Numbered from the stretch's first letter, positions 29,903 through 40,029 are shown. The stretch is 64,000 bases of DNA from Verrucomicrobiota bacterium (GCA_039798785.1 JBDKFG010000016.1:1-64000), one strand, 5' to 3'. Notes: generated by a model from the letters alone, not told the origin. A program made the numbers and translations.

Positions 29903-32900
29903 ATGCGATGTGCTTGCCCTAATTGCGGAACCATCTTGGAACACCCTGACATCGTCGAGGGTCGCCGCCTGCAATGCGGTAAATGCGAGGTCAAATTCGA
30001 GGCCAGGATGGTCCCTGCTGATCCGGCTTCATCGCCTGAGCCTGCATCGCAGAGACGTGTCAATGGAGTTCAGCCTTCTGCGGTCGAATTGAATTCAGGG
30101 GAAGCGCCTCGTGCAGTGGACGGCCCGCGCCCAACCCGGAAAGCTTCGAAACCGAAGTCTTCAACACTTCCTGTCTATGCCGGCCTTGTCGTTCTGGCTC
30201 TGATTCTTGGCGGCGGTGCCTGGCAATGGCAGCGTGCGCGTCCTGCGGGCAAGGGCCAGGACACGGCGCAAAATGCCGGTTCATCGCAGGCCGCACAAGC
30301 ACTGAAGTCTTCGAAGGGCTCGGCTCCTGCTGCGCCAAGTCCGCTTATCGCCGCCTTGCCTGCCGGATTGACGCCGCTGCCTGAGAGGAAGCCGCTGACA
30401 GCGTTCACCCGTTTCGACATCGGCCAGTGGCGTCGTGATCATCCGGCGGATGGAGGCAACGGCTGGTTCCCGGGGGGGCTGGAGGTCGACAAGGAGGATG
30501 GCAGCAAGCGTGTCGGCGAAGACACCTTGAGCTGGGGGCACTGGATCGGTCCGCTTGGGATTCGCGTCCGTTCCCACCTTGCCAATTGGCAGAGGAACGA
30601 GGCTTTTGCGGCCATCGTTCCCGAGGCCCTGCGCGGTCAAGACGGCAAGCTAGCCTTGCAAGCTATGGAAGTCACCGCCGTGGTGCCGGGGTCCCCTGCC
30701 GACGGCCGCCTCTTTCCCGGAGATCTGATCTTCAATTTCATGGAGCAGCCGATTCTTGATGCGTCTGAATACCGCCCCGAACAGAAATTCAAATACAAGG
30801 ATCGTCGTGACATCCAGGTTCAGGCAGGCGAACTCACGGATCTCGCCGAGGCTCAGGGCGAAGCGAGGATGTTGGTACTGCGCTATCCTCGAGAGCGCGT
30901 CGAACTGTGGAATTCCGGCTCATTCCAGAACAGCGAGTGCAAGGCTGATGTCGCGGTCACTCCGGGGAGCGAGCTGGTTCTGATCGCCGATGATGGCGGC
31001 AACGGCTATGACAGCGACCATCTCGCTTGGCTTGACGGCGTTTTCAGCGGTGCTGCGGGGAGGATGGGTTTCACCGAGCTTGCGCCGATCCGCACCAGGA
31101 GCGGTTGGGGAAGCGTCAAGAAAGGCGTCGACTTTTTTGACAAGCCCTTGCCTGCGCCCGGCTACCGATGCCATTCCAAAGGAGAAATCGTCTTCACCGT
31201 TCCTGCCGGCATGACGCGCTTCAGCGTTCGCGCCAAGACTACCGGGAAGGGGCGTCTTGCGGCCCGCATCGAGGCGCTGCCGCCTCAGGCGCGGCTGCCT
31301 GTCAGCGGCAGGGTGATCTGGGCAGGCAAGATCGGCAACGACAAGCTGGGGCTCCAGAGCTTTGATGTCGGGCTTGGCGGCGGCGGCACTCTGCATCTGC
31401 GCGTCGGCCACGGTCCTGATGGCGGCGGCGGCGATGGCGCTCTTTGGGCGGATGTGATCCTCGAAGGGGATTATGGCAGCAAGAAGCTGAGCTCTTTCGC
31501 TCCGGTAGGCATGCACAACGGATATGGCGCCTGGATCGGCCTGAGTCTGGAGAAGCCGCAGGAATTCAAGGGGGTCCAATACAGTGATGGCTGGCGTTGC
31601 CATGCCGTCAGCGACTTCTCCTGGAAGGTGCCTCCCGGCACACGCCGGATCAAAGGAAGCTTCGCGGCTCTCTCATATGGCCAGGTTGCCCCGGAGATCA
31701 GTGTCGAGCCGATGCTCGAGGCTCCTGCGGGCAAGGCCGCCGCCAAGGTCGTCGACCTGCGTTTCGCCATTCCCCGTCTCGGTAGCTTCGGACCCGCTTA
31801 TCCCTACGACTGCGCCAAGAGTGAATTCCTCCTCAAGCAGACCTGTGATTGGCTCGTTGCGCAACAGGCGCCCGACGGTTCTTGGCCCTGCTGGGGCGGC
31901 TACACCACCTCCGCATTCCACACCGCTTGGTGCGGCCTGGCACTGATGGGGAGTGGCGATCCTAAGTACAACGAGGCGGTGCAGAAAGCCGCCGCCAATG
32001 TCATCGCCATCGACGGGCCGAGCGGCTGGACCTGCCCGAGAGCAATGGTTCTGATCTTCCTTTCCGAGCTCTATCTGCGCGACAAGGACTCCAAACTCCT
32101 CCGCCCCATCCAGAATGCCGCCAATCAGTTGATGGCTTGCGTCAAGACCGACATGATGAGCGGTCACGGCGTCTCTGGTTTCGGCTATGGATATGCCGGG
32201 CAGTACATCGGCACCGGTCATATGCAGCTCGGTCTCGCCCTTGCCTCCCTTTGCCCGATAGAGATGGACCGCTGCTTCCTGGATAAAGCCCTGGCTCATG
32301 CGGCCGAGATTGCCTGCAACGGCGCCTATCCCTACGGTCGCGGCTGGAAGGCGGTTCGCGATGGCAATTTCGACCAGAGCGGCGGCAACGCCATGCACGG
32401 CCCAGCGGCACTCGCCGCGCGAATCACCGGGTGCGGCTATTCCGAAAGCTTCGTCGACGACTCGAAAAAACGCTGGCGAGCCAGTCTCGGCGAAGGGGAT
32501 AACTCGCACGCCACATCCACTCTTGCCTTCTTGTGGAGCTCACTCGCCATGAACGCCTGTGATGAAAAACTTTTCCAGGACCACATGGCGACCTTCCGCT
32601 ACAAGATGGCCAACGACCATCTCTGTGACGGCGGCTTCGTCAAGAGCTCCTTCATCCTCGACTTCCAGGGCGGCGAAGGTGTCACCGGTTTGTGGATCCG
32701 CTCGGCCGGAACGGCCCTCATCCTCGCCGCGCCCAAGCGCAAGTTGGCGATCACGGGCAATCCGCAGCTGCTCGCCGAGAAGCTGAAGCCGGGCTCTCCC
32801 TGCCGCGAATACGATGTCTTCGTCCGCGACTTCTACGGGCGCAATCTCTCCCTCGCCAAGCTCGTCCTAGGAGCCAAGGCGCCGGCCAGTCTCGATACGG

Positions 32901-34129
32901 TGCGCAAGGAGCTCCTCGCCCTGCCGCGAGACGCCAGCCTCAACCAGGCCCAGTCGAAGCTGTTGCGCCAGCGTCTGCCCGCTTTGATCGCTGAAGTCGC
33001 CGCCATTCCCGGACTCTCGGACGAGAGCCGCGGACACGCCATCGAACTCGTCTCCGGCGTCGACTTCCAGATCCGGATCGAGGAGGGCAAGATCCGCGCC
33101 AAGACCTGCGCCCCCTTCCAGCAGCTCGCCTGGGCTGACAGCGATGAAGAGATCCAGCGTCAACAGAAGATCTCCGCCCCCTTCAGCGCCCGTCTCAAGA
33201 TCGCCGCGGCCGGAAAGCTCGACAAAGACATCAGCTTCACCTTCGACGGCGGCAAGAATTTTAACGGAAGGGAAGGCCAGTCTGAGCAGAGTCGCGATTT
33301 CAAAAGCCTCGGCGCCGAGACCTTGCCTATGTCGATCGAGTTCAATCTCGGGCTGATCAGGGTCAGCTACGTTCGCAACATCCGCTTCGGCGAGCCCGAT
33401 GCCAAGGGGCGGGTCAGTGATCTCACCAATTTCCGCCGGCTTAAGATCCGCGCCCGAATGGCTGCCCGCCCGATCTACCAGACGCAGCCGCTTGTGCTAG
33501 ATGGAGTGCCTTACGAAGCGATGATGATCAACGAGGCGCAGAACTTCGCCCTGGTCAACGGCCGCCGTCCCGCCGGGGACCCGGTGTCGATCCACGAAGG
33601 CGACGAGGCGGAGGTGGAGCTTGCTTCCGCTCAGCCCCTGTGTCTTGAGGTCAACAAGATGAACTTGCTCAGCCGCCCCGGCTTCATCCCGGTGAAGTCG
33701 GCCCGCATGGTCACTTCGGGCTGCAGTCTGGAGGGTGACATCGCCCTCCTCAGTGACGATGCCAGCGAAGCCCGTCTGAGGGTCCAGAAGCCGGCCGAAT
33801 TGAAGCATTGCACTCTTGAGCTTGATCTCGGTGCCGAGACTGCGGTCAACGGACTCGACTTCCATTGGAACGGAGGCGGTCGACTCATCTTCGTCTGGGC
33901 ACTGGTCGGCGGCCGCTGGCAGCCGCTGGCCTGGGACGGCTACATGTGCGCGCAAGGGTATCATCCGACATTCCCGAGCATCGCAACCTCCAAACTGAGG
34001 GTGGTGATGAGCTGTGATCGCTTCAAGCCCGAGATCGGGGAGATCCGTCCTTACTACAACTCACGGCAGACCCAGATCTTCAAGCCTCTCGGCGGCGACT
34101 GGCACGAGTCCTTGCCGAAGCCAGAGTGA
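29903..34129 (+). CDS. large membrane-anchored multidomain protein (Zn-ribbon, TM, PDZ-like, two NPCBM-like, alpha/alpha toroid)
   Basis: CPNCG..CGKC; TM; VTAVVPGSPADGRL; LVLIADDGGNGYDSDHLAW and GPDGGGGDGALW; WLVAQQAPDGSW. Confidence 0.75.
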   Translation: MRCACPNCGTILEHPDIVEGRRLQCGKCEVKFEARMVPADPASSPEPASQRRVNGVQPSAVELNSGEAPRAVDGPRPTRKASKPKSSTLPVYAGLVVLALILGGGAWQWQRARPAGKGQDTAQNAGSSQAAQALKSSKGSAPAAPSPLIAALPAGLTPLPERKPLTAFTRFDIGQWRRDHPADGGNGWFPGGLEVDKEDGSKRVGEDTLSWGHWIGPLGIRVRSHLANWQRNEAFAAIVPEALRGQDGKLALQAMEVTAVVPGSPADGRLFPGDLIFNFMEQPILDASEYRPEQKFKYKDRRDIQVQAGELTDLAEAQGEARMLVLRYPRERVELWNSGSFQNSECKADVAVTPGSELVLIADDGGNGYDSDHLAWLDGVFSGAAGRMGFTELAPIRTRSGWGSVKKGVDFFDKPLPAPGYRCHSKGEIVFTVPAGMTRFSVRAKTTGKGRLAARIEALPPQARLPVSGRVIWAGKIGNDKLGLQSFDVGLGGGGTLHLRVGHGPDGGGGDGALWADVILEGDYGSKKLSSFAPVGMHNGYGAWIGLSLEKPQEFKGVQYSDGWRCHAVSDFSWKVPPGTRRIKGSFAALSYGQVAPEISVEPMLEAPAGKAAAKVVDLRFAIPRLGSFGPAYPYDCAKSEFLLKQTCDWLVAQQAPDGSWPCWGGYTTSAFHTAWCGLALMGSGDPKYNEAVQKAAANVIAIDGPSGWTCPRAMVLIFLSELYLRDKDSKLLRPIQNAANQLMACVKTDMMSGHGVSGFGYGYAGQYIGTGHMQLGLALASLCPIEMDRCFLDKALAHAAEIACNGAYPYGRGWKAVRDGNFDQSGGNAMHGPAALAARITGCGYSESFVDDSKKRWRASLGEGDNSHATSTLAFLWSSLAMNACDEKLFQDHMATFRYKMANDHLCDGGFVKSSFILDFQGGEGVTGLWIRSAGTALILAAPKRKLAITGNPQLLAEKLKPGSPCREYDVFVRDFYGRNLSLAKLVLGAKAPASLDTVRKELLALPRDASLNQAQSKLLRQRLPALIAEVAAIPGLSDESRGHAIELVSGVDFQIRIEEGKIRAKTCAPFQQLAWADSDEEIQRQQKISAPFSARLKIAAAGKLDKDISFTFDGGKNFNGREGQSEQSRDFKSLGAETLPMSIEFNLGLIRVSYVRNIRFGEPDAKGRVSDLTNFRRLKIRARMAARPIYQTQPLVLDGVPYEAMMINEAQNFALVNGRRPAGDPVSIHEGDEAEVELASAQPLCLEVNKMNLLSRPGFIPVKSARMVTSGCSLEGDIALLSDDASEARLRVQKPAELKHCTLELDLGAETAVNGLDFHWNGGGRLIFVWALVGGRWQPLAWDGYMCAQGYHPTFPSIATSKLRVVMSCDRFKPEIGEIRPYYNSRQTQIFKPLGGDWHESLPKPE

Positions 34130-34171
34130 ATCTCGGCAAATTGAGGCTCCCTGTCTCGATCAGGGCTTTGC

Positions 34172-35647
34172 TTAGCTCGCCGGCTTTTCGAGCTGGCGGG
34201 TGGCCCATAGCAAGGAGATGCAAAGGCCGGAACAGACCAGAAGGGTGAGCAGGAGGAGAGGTCGGTTCTGTGCGGCGACTTCAGCCTGGCGCGGGTCGAG
34301 ACGGAAGCTGAGAGTCCAATTCTGGTCAAAAAGCAGGAGTGGCCGCCGGCATTCCAGGCTTTCCTCCAATGGAAAGCCCTTCGAGCTCAGACGGCGATTT
34401 CCTTCGGGATCCTGAAGGCTCCAGTGGATCGATTCGCTTTCCCTGCCGATGAGGAGGCTGTGGAATATCCTGAGATCGAAAAGCGCCAGAAGAAAGCCAA
34501 GCGGGCGCTCATCCTTGTGGACCGGGAGGATGATCGTCAGGCCTCCCGGCCTGTCGGGATCCTGGGAGGCCTGGAGCCGTGTCGAGCTGGTCAGGCCGGA
34601 TTTCTGCGCTCTTTCCAGGATCTTGGCTAGCTCCCGGTCCACATGCAAGGCGAGCCCGAGAGAGGGCTCGTTCCCTGAAAAGGGATGGAGATAAAGCACC
34701 GGGCTCATTCCGTTTTGAGGCGCGCAGAGTTCTCCTGAGGGGCTGCGCAGGAGGACCGGTCGATGATAGAATTCCGCCGCCTGAGCTTGCCGCATCGGCC
34801 ATTCGCCGGCATCGAGGACGGGTGCGAATTGTATCGAGTGGAAGGCATTAGGGTAGGGCATCGAGCTGCGGCAGAAATTGTCGAAGTCAGAATGTTGGAG
34901 GGCAGTCTGACGCAGCGAGGCTTGCCCGGCCTGCAGAGCGCTGGCGTGGGCGCCGAGGATCCGGGAGACTTCCGAAATCTGAGCTTCGGCATACCGGCAG
35001 AGATGCTCCTGGATGTCGCGGTGGACGGCTTTTTTTTCGTGCCAGAAGACTGCGTAGCAGAGGGCGTAGCTGAGGAGGAATCCCGTGGCGGCGATACGGG
35101 CTCGCAACCCGGGACGCGGCCACTCGCGCAGCAGCACGACGATCATCAGTCCGAAGATCAGGCAGCCGAGAAGGTCTCCCAGCCACCAGGAGAAGCCGTT
35201 GGCGGGCAGCTCACCCGCATCGATCAAGCCGGCATGGAAGAGGCTCAGGCTGCCGACGGCAGATGCCAGCAGGCAGGCGCATGACGGAACCAGAACGAAG
35301 ACCGTCAATGAGCGCTGGCTGCGGAAGGCGGGGAATTCAGGGTCGAAGTGGCGGATGAGGCTGGCAGCCACCCAGGCTTGCAGTGCGGAGCCGGTGGCGA
35401 TGCTGTAGGGGAGCCAATTGCCGAAATCAGGATGGCCCGGAGTGACTGCGGCGTTGAAGATCACCGAGCCCAGCCAGATGCCAGGGATCATGCGCCAGCC
35501 GCCCAGTAGAAGCGCTGCCAAGGCCAGGCCAGCGGAAGGAAAGACCGTCATCGCATAGCCCGGAGGCAGACTGAAGTTCAAGGCCAGCATCCCCCCCAAG
35601 GGGTAGAGCACCAACAGCAAGAGGTTGATCGCGATGCTTCGGGACAT
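34172..35647 (-). CDS. MASE1 plus CHASE sensor-domain membrane protein with no output domain
   Basis: VFPSAGLALA...WWLGDLLG (MASE1); PVLYLHPFSGNEPSLG (CHASE); ends right after the last TM. Confidence 0.75.
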   Translation of the reverse strand: MSRSIAINLLLLVLYPLGGMLALNFSLPPGYAMTVFPSAGLALAALLLGGWRMIPGIWLGSVIFNAAVTPGHPDFGNWLPYSIATGSALQAWVAASLIRHFDPEFPAFRSQRSLTVFVLVPSCACLLASAVGSLSLFHAGLIDAGELPANGFSWWLGDLLGCLIFGLMIVVLLREWPRPGLRARIAATGFLLSYALCYAVFWHEKKAVHRDIQEHLCRYAEAQISEVSRILGAHASALQAGQASLRQTALQHSDFDNFCRSSMPYPNAFHSIQFAPVLDAGEWPMRQAQAAEFYHRPVLLRSPSGELCAPQNGMSPVLYLHPFSGNEPSLGLALHVDRELAKILERAQKSGLTSSTRLQASQDPDRPGGLTIILPVHKDERPLGFLLALFDLRIFHSLLIGRESESIHWSLQDPEGNRRLSSKGFPLEESLECRRPLLLFDQNWTLSFRLDPRQAEVAAQNRPLLLLTLLVCSGLCISLLWATRQLEKPAS

Positions 35648-35746
35648 TTGCCGCCTCCTCAGCCATTCTAGCCGAAAGCTTGCGGGTATGCAAGGCCTTT
35701 TCCGCTGGGCCGCATCTCAGTCGCCTCATGCCACGGAAAAATAAAT

Positions 35747-35774
35747 AAGACCGCGAACTTTCGTTCGCGGTCTT
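35747..35774 (-). terminator. terminator of tRNA-Lys
   Basis: AAGACCGCGAAC/GTTCGCGGTCTT stem. Confidence 0.7.
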
Positions 35775-35781
35775 GAAGTTG

Positions 35782-35857
35782 TGGTGAGAGGTCAGGGGCT
35801 CGAACCCTGGACCCGCACATTAAAAGTGTGCTGCTCTACCGACTGAGCTAACCTCTC
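35782..35857 (-). tRNA. tRNA-Lys(TTT)
   Basis: GAGAGGTTAGCTCAGTCGGTAGAGCAGCACACTTTTAATGTGCGGGTCCAGGGTTCGAGCCCCTGACCTCTCACCA folds as a full cloverleaf with encoded CCA. Confidence 0.97.
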
Positions 35858-35968
35858 ATCCTGTCTTGCGCCGTCTGCCTTTCGGCCCCCGGAACGGCGC
35901 TGATAGTACAGTTCCTCGACTGGCCGTCAAGCCGTCCGCTAAGCTTTTTGCGGTTTTTCTGTAGGGGC

Positions 35969-37243
35969 TCAGAATTGCCAAGTCAGTTCGAGACTGAGGC
36001 CGCTAGCCGGAGCTTGATCATCCTGGATGCGGTGGATCACGGTGCTGGCGACTTCGATGTCGTTGCGGAGCTGCCAGGAATGGCGCAGCGCGGCGGCGCC
36101 GCCGCGTTGGCTGTCGGCGGTGACTGTGGCGACTTCGAGGGTCAATTCCTGCCGCGGGCACAGCTTCCATGCCATGCCTGCGGCGGCACCCCGGGCTAAG
36201 CCGCGGCCGGCCTCCAGCACCGGCCGCGGTGCCAAGGGGTCGAAGGCGAAGCAGATGCCAGCTTCGCGAAAGAGGCCGGGACGGCGCCGGTCGCGGAGAA
36301 GCGGCGACTCCTGGTCGCCGCAGAACCCGTTCAGATAAGGCGAGAAACCGTCGAGATCGAGACGGTTGCGGGCCAGAAGCGCGAAGCCGTCGTGACTCTG
36401 GCCTTTCACCGCAGTGCCAGTGATGCCGGAGCTCCAAAGGCCGAAACGCCCGTTCCAGCCGAGCATCGGCGAAAACTCGTGCTCTCGTTCGGCCCTGAGT
36501 CCCGCCAGGCCCCATTCGAAGCGGCCTAGATCACTGTCGGCAAACTGCTGCAGGCCCATCAGGGCTTCGGCGCTGTCGTCCTGACGCGGGGCCCACGCTT
36601 CTCCGCTGCCGGCGAAGATTACCGAGCCGGAGTCGTTGCCGTCACAGCCAGGTAGAGGCCAGGGGCTGCTGCAGACGCCGCCGATGATCGCGTCGTCGAT
36701 CCACAGGCCTTGGCCGAGACGGAGCGGCACCAGCCCGAGCGCGAGGCGAGATTCGAAGTCGGCGGGCTGTCCCGACAAGGACGAGCTCATGGTGCCTAGG
36801 TCGGTCTCGAAGTAGAGTGATTCCGGGTGCAGATCGGGGGCGTGTGGAGCGTCTTCGGCGCCCCAGGCGAGGCTGCGCCTTGCGTCGGCGTCAAGGCCGG
36901 GCAGGAAGCGGGCATGGAAGCGTTCGCTTGGCGTCAGTTTCCAGTCTGCCTGGATGTCGCCGGCAAGGGTGAGTCCTGGCTTCGTGCCTCCTTGGCGGCT
37001 CCAGGCTGAGGCGCTGCGGAGCTCGCCCCAGACTGCGGCGCTGGGGCGGACGAGGTTGCGATTCCCCCAGAGATTCAATCCGGGGCCGGGGTCGGCAGGG
37101 AAGAGTCCGGGCCCGAGGCTGAATCTGGGGCGGCGGTCTTCCGCCGCTTCGGCTGTCGGCAGGGGGCTGGCGTCATGGGCGGGAGGCGGCGGATCCGGGG
37201 GGAATTCCGGGGAGGCGGCGAGGAGGAGGCAGGCTGCGATCAT
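35969..37243 (-). CDS. putative outer-membrane beta-barrel protein
   Basis: Signal peptide, amphipathic strands, C-terminal LELTWQF (BAM-type signal); start overlaps the cytochrome gene stop. Confidence 0.6.
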   Translation of the reverse strand: MIAACLLLAASPEFPPDPPPPAHDASPLPTAEAAEDRRPRFSLGPGLFPADPGPGLNLWGNRNLVRPSAAVWGELRSASAWSRQGGTKPGLTLAGDIQADWKLTPSERFHARFLPGLDADARRSLAWGAEDAPHAPDLHPESLYFETDLGTMSSSLSGQPADFESRLALGLVPLRLGQGLWIDDAIIGGVCSSPWPLPGCDGNDSGSVIFAGSGEAWAPRQDDSAEALMGLQQFADSDLGRFEWGLAGLRAEREHEFSPMLGWNGRFGLWSSGITGTAVKGQSHDGFALLARNRLDLDGFSPYLNGFCGDQESPLLRDRRRPGLFREAGICFAFDPLAPRPVLEAGRGLARGAAAGMAWKLCPRQELTLEVATVTADSQRGGAAALRHSWQLRNDIEVASTVIHRIQDDQAPASGLSLELTWQF

Positions 37244-38871
37244 GGCTGTGCTCCGATCCGGAGCTGGCGTTGACCGAAGTCGTCGATCTCAGCTCCGTAG
37301 GCCGCTGCGAGTGGCGGCTCGGCGCCGAGGGCCGAGGCGAGCTGAGGCGGGACCGCTCGGCTCCGCATGCGGAAGAGGAGAGTCGCTCCGCCGGCGGGGA
37401 TGCGGTCCGCCGGCAGCGACCAGCTGAGCTGCCGGCGCGCGCCTGGCGCCAGACGGCGGTCGAGCTTGAGCAGTGGGCTGTGCCAAGGCGCCAGCGCGGC
37501 CGGAGAATCGGACGGTCTCAGGCGGCCTGGCATGGCCTTGGCTCCCGCCGGGAGAAAGTATTCCGGATGGAAAGCCTGGAGCTGATCGGGTTCGATCCTT
37601 CCTTGAGGGTCGAGGCCGCCAGATCTCCATAGGCAGGTGCCGTCGTCGCCGATCAGGGCAAGCTCGGCCCAGGTTTCGGCGGCGCTCCAGTAGGAGCCGG
37701 CGGGGAAGGCGTGGCCGGGGTGCGCTTCGGCTGAAATGTCGACTGCCAGGGTCTCGCCCTTGCGCCGCGATCGCAGCTCCCCGAGCTTCAATCCGTTTTC
37801 AAGCAGGTTCTTGCGTCTTAGACGCGCCGCGCTGCGTGCTTTGAGATTGGAGTCGATCACTGTCGCCGCGTCGATTCGTTGGCGGGAGCTGCGCCACTCG
37901 CGAGGCAGGCGCCTGACGCTTGCCGGGGAGTCTTCGAAATCGGCTTCGACGTCGATGCGGCCCCAGGAGGCTCGCCAGTCGAAGAGCTGCCATTCCGCCG
38001 GGGTGAAGAGTGCGCTGTTGCGGTGCGCCGGGAAGAGCCCGGGATGGAGAACCGAGGCGCCGGCCGAGTTGAAGGAGTGGTCTGAGCAGCGGCGGCCAGG
38101 ATTGAGGATTTTCGCGTCGACCATGGCGCTGGCGCCGAGAGGGCGTAGTGAAGGTCTTCCCGCCTCGGAGCCCATGTGGCAGTCCTGACAGGATATTCCC
38201 TGGGCTCTCGCCGGTGATCGAAGATGCGAGCTCCATGTGTCGGCGTGGAGCAGGCCGGGGGCGAGCTCCGCTTGGTGGCAGGTGGCGCAGAAGTCCGACT
38301 CCCGGATCGGCGCGAAGGCGACGGTCTCGAGGTGCACCTTGCGGCCGGGCTCGGCATCGCTGCGGGCGACGCCGTATTTCTGGGCTTCCCCCAGCACTTC
38401 GTGCAAGGCGGTTCCGTCGTGGGGGCCGAAGACGGCGCTGAACATGCCGCCCGGGATCAGTCGGCGTTCGCCGTTGACTCTCCCGAAGGCTTCTCCGACA
38501 CGATGGCAGGCGATGCAGCCAACGCCGTCCCGCGCGCTCTGCGGCAGTTCTTCGGCGGCCTGCAGGGCAGACAGTCCGGCGGCGCGTCCGGCAGGCAGGT
38601 GGCAGCCGGAGCAGCTTTGAACCGCTTCCAGGCCCTGATGTGCTGCGAATCTGCCGGCCAGCTGGAACAGGGGGGAGAGAGAGGCCTGGGCATGGGCTGA
38701 GCCGCGCCATTGCTCGTACTGGCGTTGATGGCAGGCGGCGCAATCCTGCGACGAAGGGAAGTTCTTTTCGGTGTAGAGCCGGGCATGGGCCGCTGCCGCT
38801 GCTGCGGGGCTTGCGGCTTCCGCATCCGGGGAAGGGGCGGCCAGGAGCAGGATGGCGGCGAGCAGGGTCAT
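37240..38871 (-). CDS. periplasmic pentaheme c-type cytochrome (c554-like)
   Basis: Signal peptide; CAACH, CSGCH, CIACH, CATCH, CQDCH. Confidence 0.88.
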   Translation of the reverse strand: MTLLAAILLLAAPSPDAEAASPAAAAAAHARLYTEKNFPSSQDCAACHQRQYEQWRGSAHAQASLSPLFQLAGRFAAHQGLEAVQSCSGCHLPAGRAAGLSALQAAEELPQSARDGVGCIACHRVGEAFGRVNGERRLIPGGMFSAVFGPHDGTALHEVLGEAQKYGVARSDAEPGRKVHLETVAFAPIRESDFCATCHQAELAPGLLHADTWSSHLRSPARAQGISCQDCHMGSEAGRPSLRPLGASAMVDAKILNPGRRCSDHSFNSAGASVLHPGLFPAHRNSALFTPAEWQLFDWRASWGRIDVEADFEDSPASVRRLPREWRSSRQRIDAATVIDSNLKARSAARLRRKNLLENGLKLGELRSRRKGETLAVDISAEAHPGHAFPAGSYWSAAETWAELALIGDDGTCLWRSGGLDPQGRIEPDQLQAFHPEYFLPAGAKAMPGRLRPSDSPAALAPWHSPLLKLDRRLAPGARRQLSWSLPADRIPAGGATLLFRMRSRAVPPQLASALGAEPPLAAAYGAEIDDFGQRQLRIGAQP

Positions 38872-38988
38872 GGCGGCTACCGGGATTGCGTTATGGAAGA
38901 CCTAGGACTCAGGCAGTGACACGGAGTTCCCGGCATCCAAGAGAAAGCCGGCCGGATGACCGGCCGGCTTGCGGAAGCTTGGCGGGAA

Positions 38989-39237
38989 TCAGGCGTCCTT
39001 GCCGATTGAGGAGACCGGGCAGTCGTCAAGCTGTTCCTGGCACAGCGAGATCTCGGCGTCGGTCACGGGCTGCTTCCAGACGTAGGCGTTGCCTTGGTCG
39101 TCTTCGCGGAAGAATTCAGGAGCGGCGCCGTAGCATAGGCCGCAGGCGATGCAGCCTTCGCCGTTGCTGTCTTCCGAGTCGGTGCAGTACCAGGCGCCGG
39201 CCACGTTCAGTTTGTTGGCGGCATTCTTGTTGGCCAT
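38989..39237 (-). CDS. ferredoxin
   Basis: CIACGLC...APEFF...CPVSSIG. Confidence 0.9.
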   Translation of the reverse strand: MANKNAANKLNVAGAWYCTDSEDSNGEGCIACGLCYGAAPEFFREDDQGNAYVWKQPVTDAEISLCQEQLDDCPVSSIGKDA

Positions 39238-39436
39238 GATTGCGATTCCTTGGGCTTCGTTGGGTTTTGTGTCGGCCGCAAAAGTAGAGCCGGGGCGCTA
39301 AACTGCAACGCTTGAAACGCATGAAAACTCTGGAGCGATGGCTGCAGAAGGCGGAATGCCCTCAGGTTTTCGGAAGGCGCGCGGAGATCTCTTTCCGATT
39401 CTTCGCCATCCCCAGGGGCGGCGTGTAGCCGGGATC

Positions 39437-39466
39437 AAAAACGCGCCCTGGCGGGGCGCGTTTTTT
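39437..39466. terminator. bidirectional-type terminator
   Basis: AAAAACGCGCCCT/GGGGCGCGTTTTTT. Confidence 0.65.
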
Positions 39467-39489
39467 CTGAGTGATCTTCTGGCCGGGGA

Positions 39490-40029
39490 TCAGGGAGTGA
39501 TCTTGCCGGTGGCGATCATGTAGCGTACCAGCAGCTCGGCCTCTTCGGCGTTGATGCCGGCGTTGGGGGGCATCGGGATGGGCGATTTGTAGTTCGAGGC
39601 CTTGCCGGCGGTGCCGGAAACAACGCTGGCGGCGGCAGCTTTGATCAGCGCTTCGTCGGCACCGAGGCGGGCGGCGATCATCTTGATCGAGGGGCCGGCG
39701 CCAGGGGCGTCGGGCTGGTGGCAGGCGGCGCACATCGCGGCTTTAGGCAGCACAGCCTTCGCCTTGACCATGTCGACTGCAGGAGCCTTGGGGGCTTCGG
39801 CCTTGGGGGCTTCGGCCTTGGGGGCTTCGGCCTTGGGGGCTTCGGCCTTGGGGGCTTCGGCCTTGGGGGCTTCGGCCTTCACTGCGACGGCGTGACCGCC
39901 GTTGTGGTGGGCGTAGCCTTGGTGGGCGTTTTCGCGCAGCTTGACGCCTTCAACGGCAATCAAGGTGGCGCAGCCGAAAGCGACGCCGAGGGTCATGACG
40001 ACGCCGGTGTTCCAGACGGGATTGGACAT
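39490..40029 (-). CDS. membrane-anchored monoheme cytochrome c (c551/c552-like)
   Basis: TM anchor, (KAEAP)6 linker, CAACH, axial PMPPN. Confidence 0.88.
   Translation of the reverse strand: MSNPVWNTGVVMTLGVAFGCATLIAVEGVKLRENAHQGYAHHNGGHAVAVKAEAPKAEAPKAEAPKAEAPKAEAPKAEAPKAPAVDMVKAKAVLPKAAMCAACHQPDAPGAGPSIKMIAARLGADEALIKAAAASVVSGTAGKASNYKSPIPMPPNAGINAEEAELLVRYMIATGKITP
39785..39879. repeat. 15-bp perfect tandem repeat x6 (GCCTTGGGGGCTTCG)
   Basis: Read directly; encodes the KAEAP linker. Confidence 0.95.

Noticed and set aside
35782..35857. Functional link between tRNA-Lys(TTT) and the PARIS-like gene, or use as an integration site
   Set aside because: It lies outside the element, no duplicated 3' end was seen nearby, and proximity is probably coincidental.
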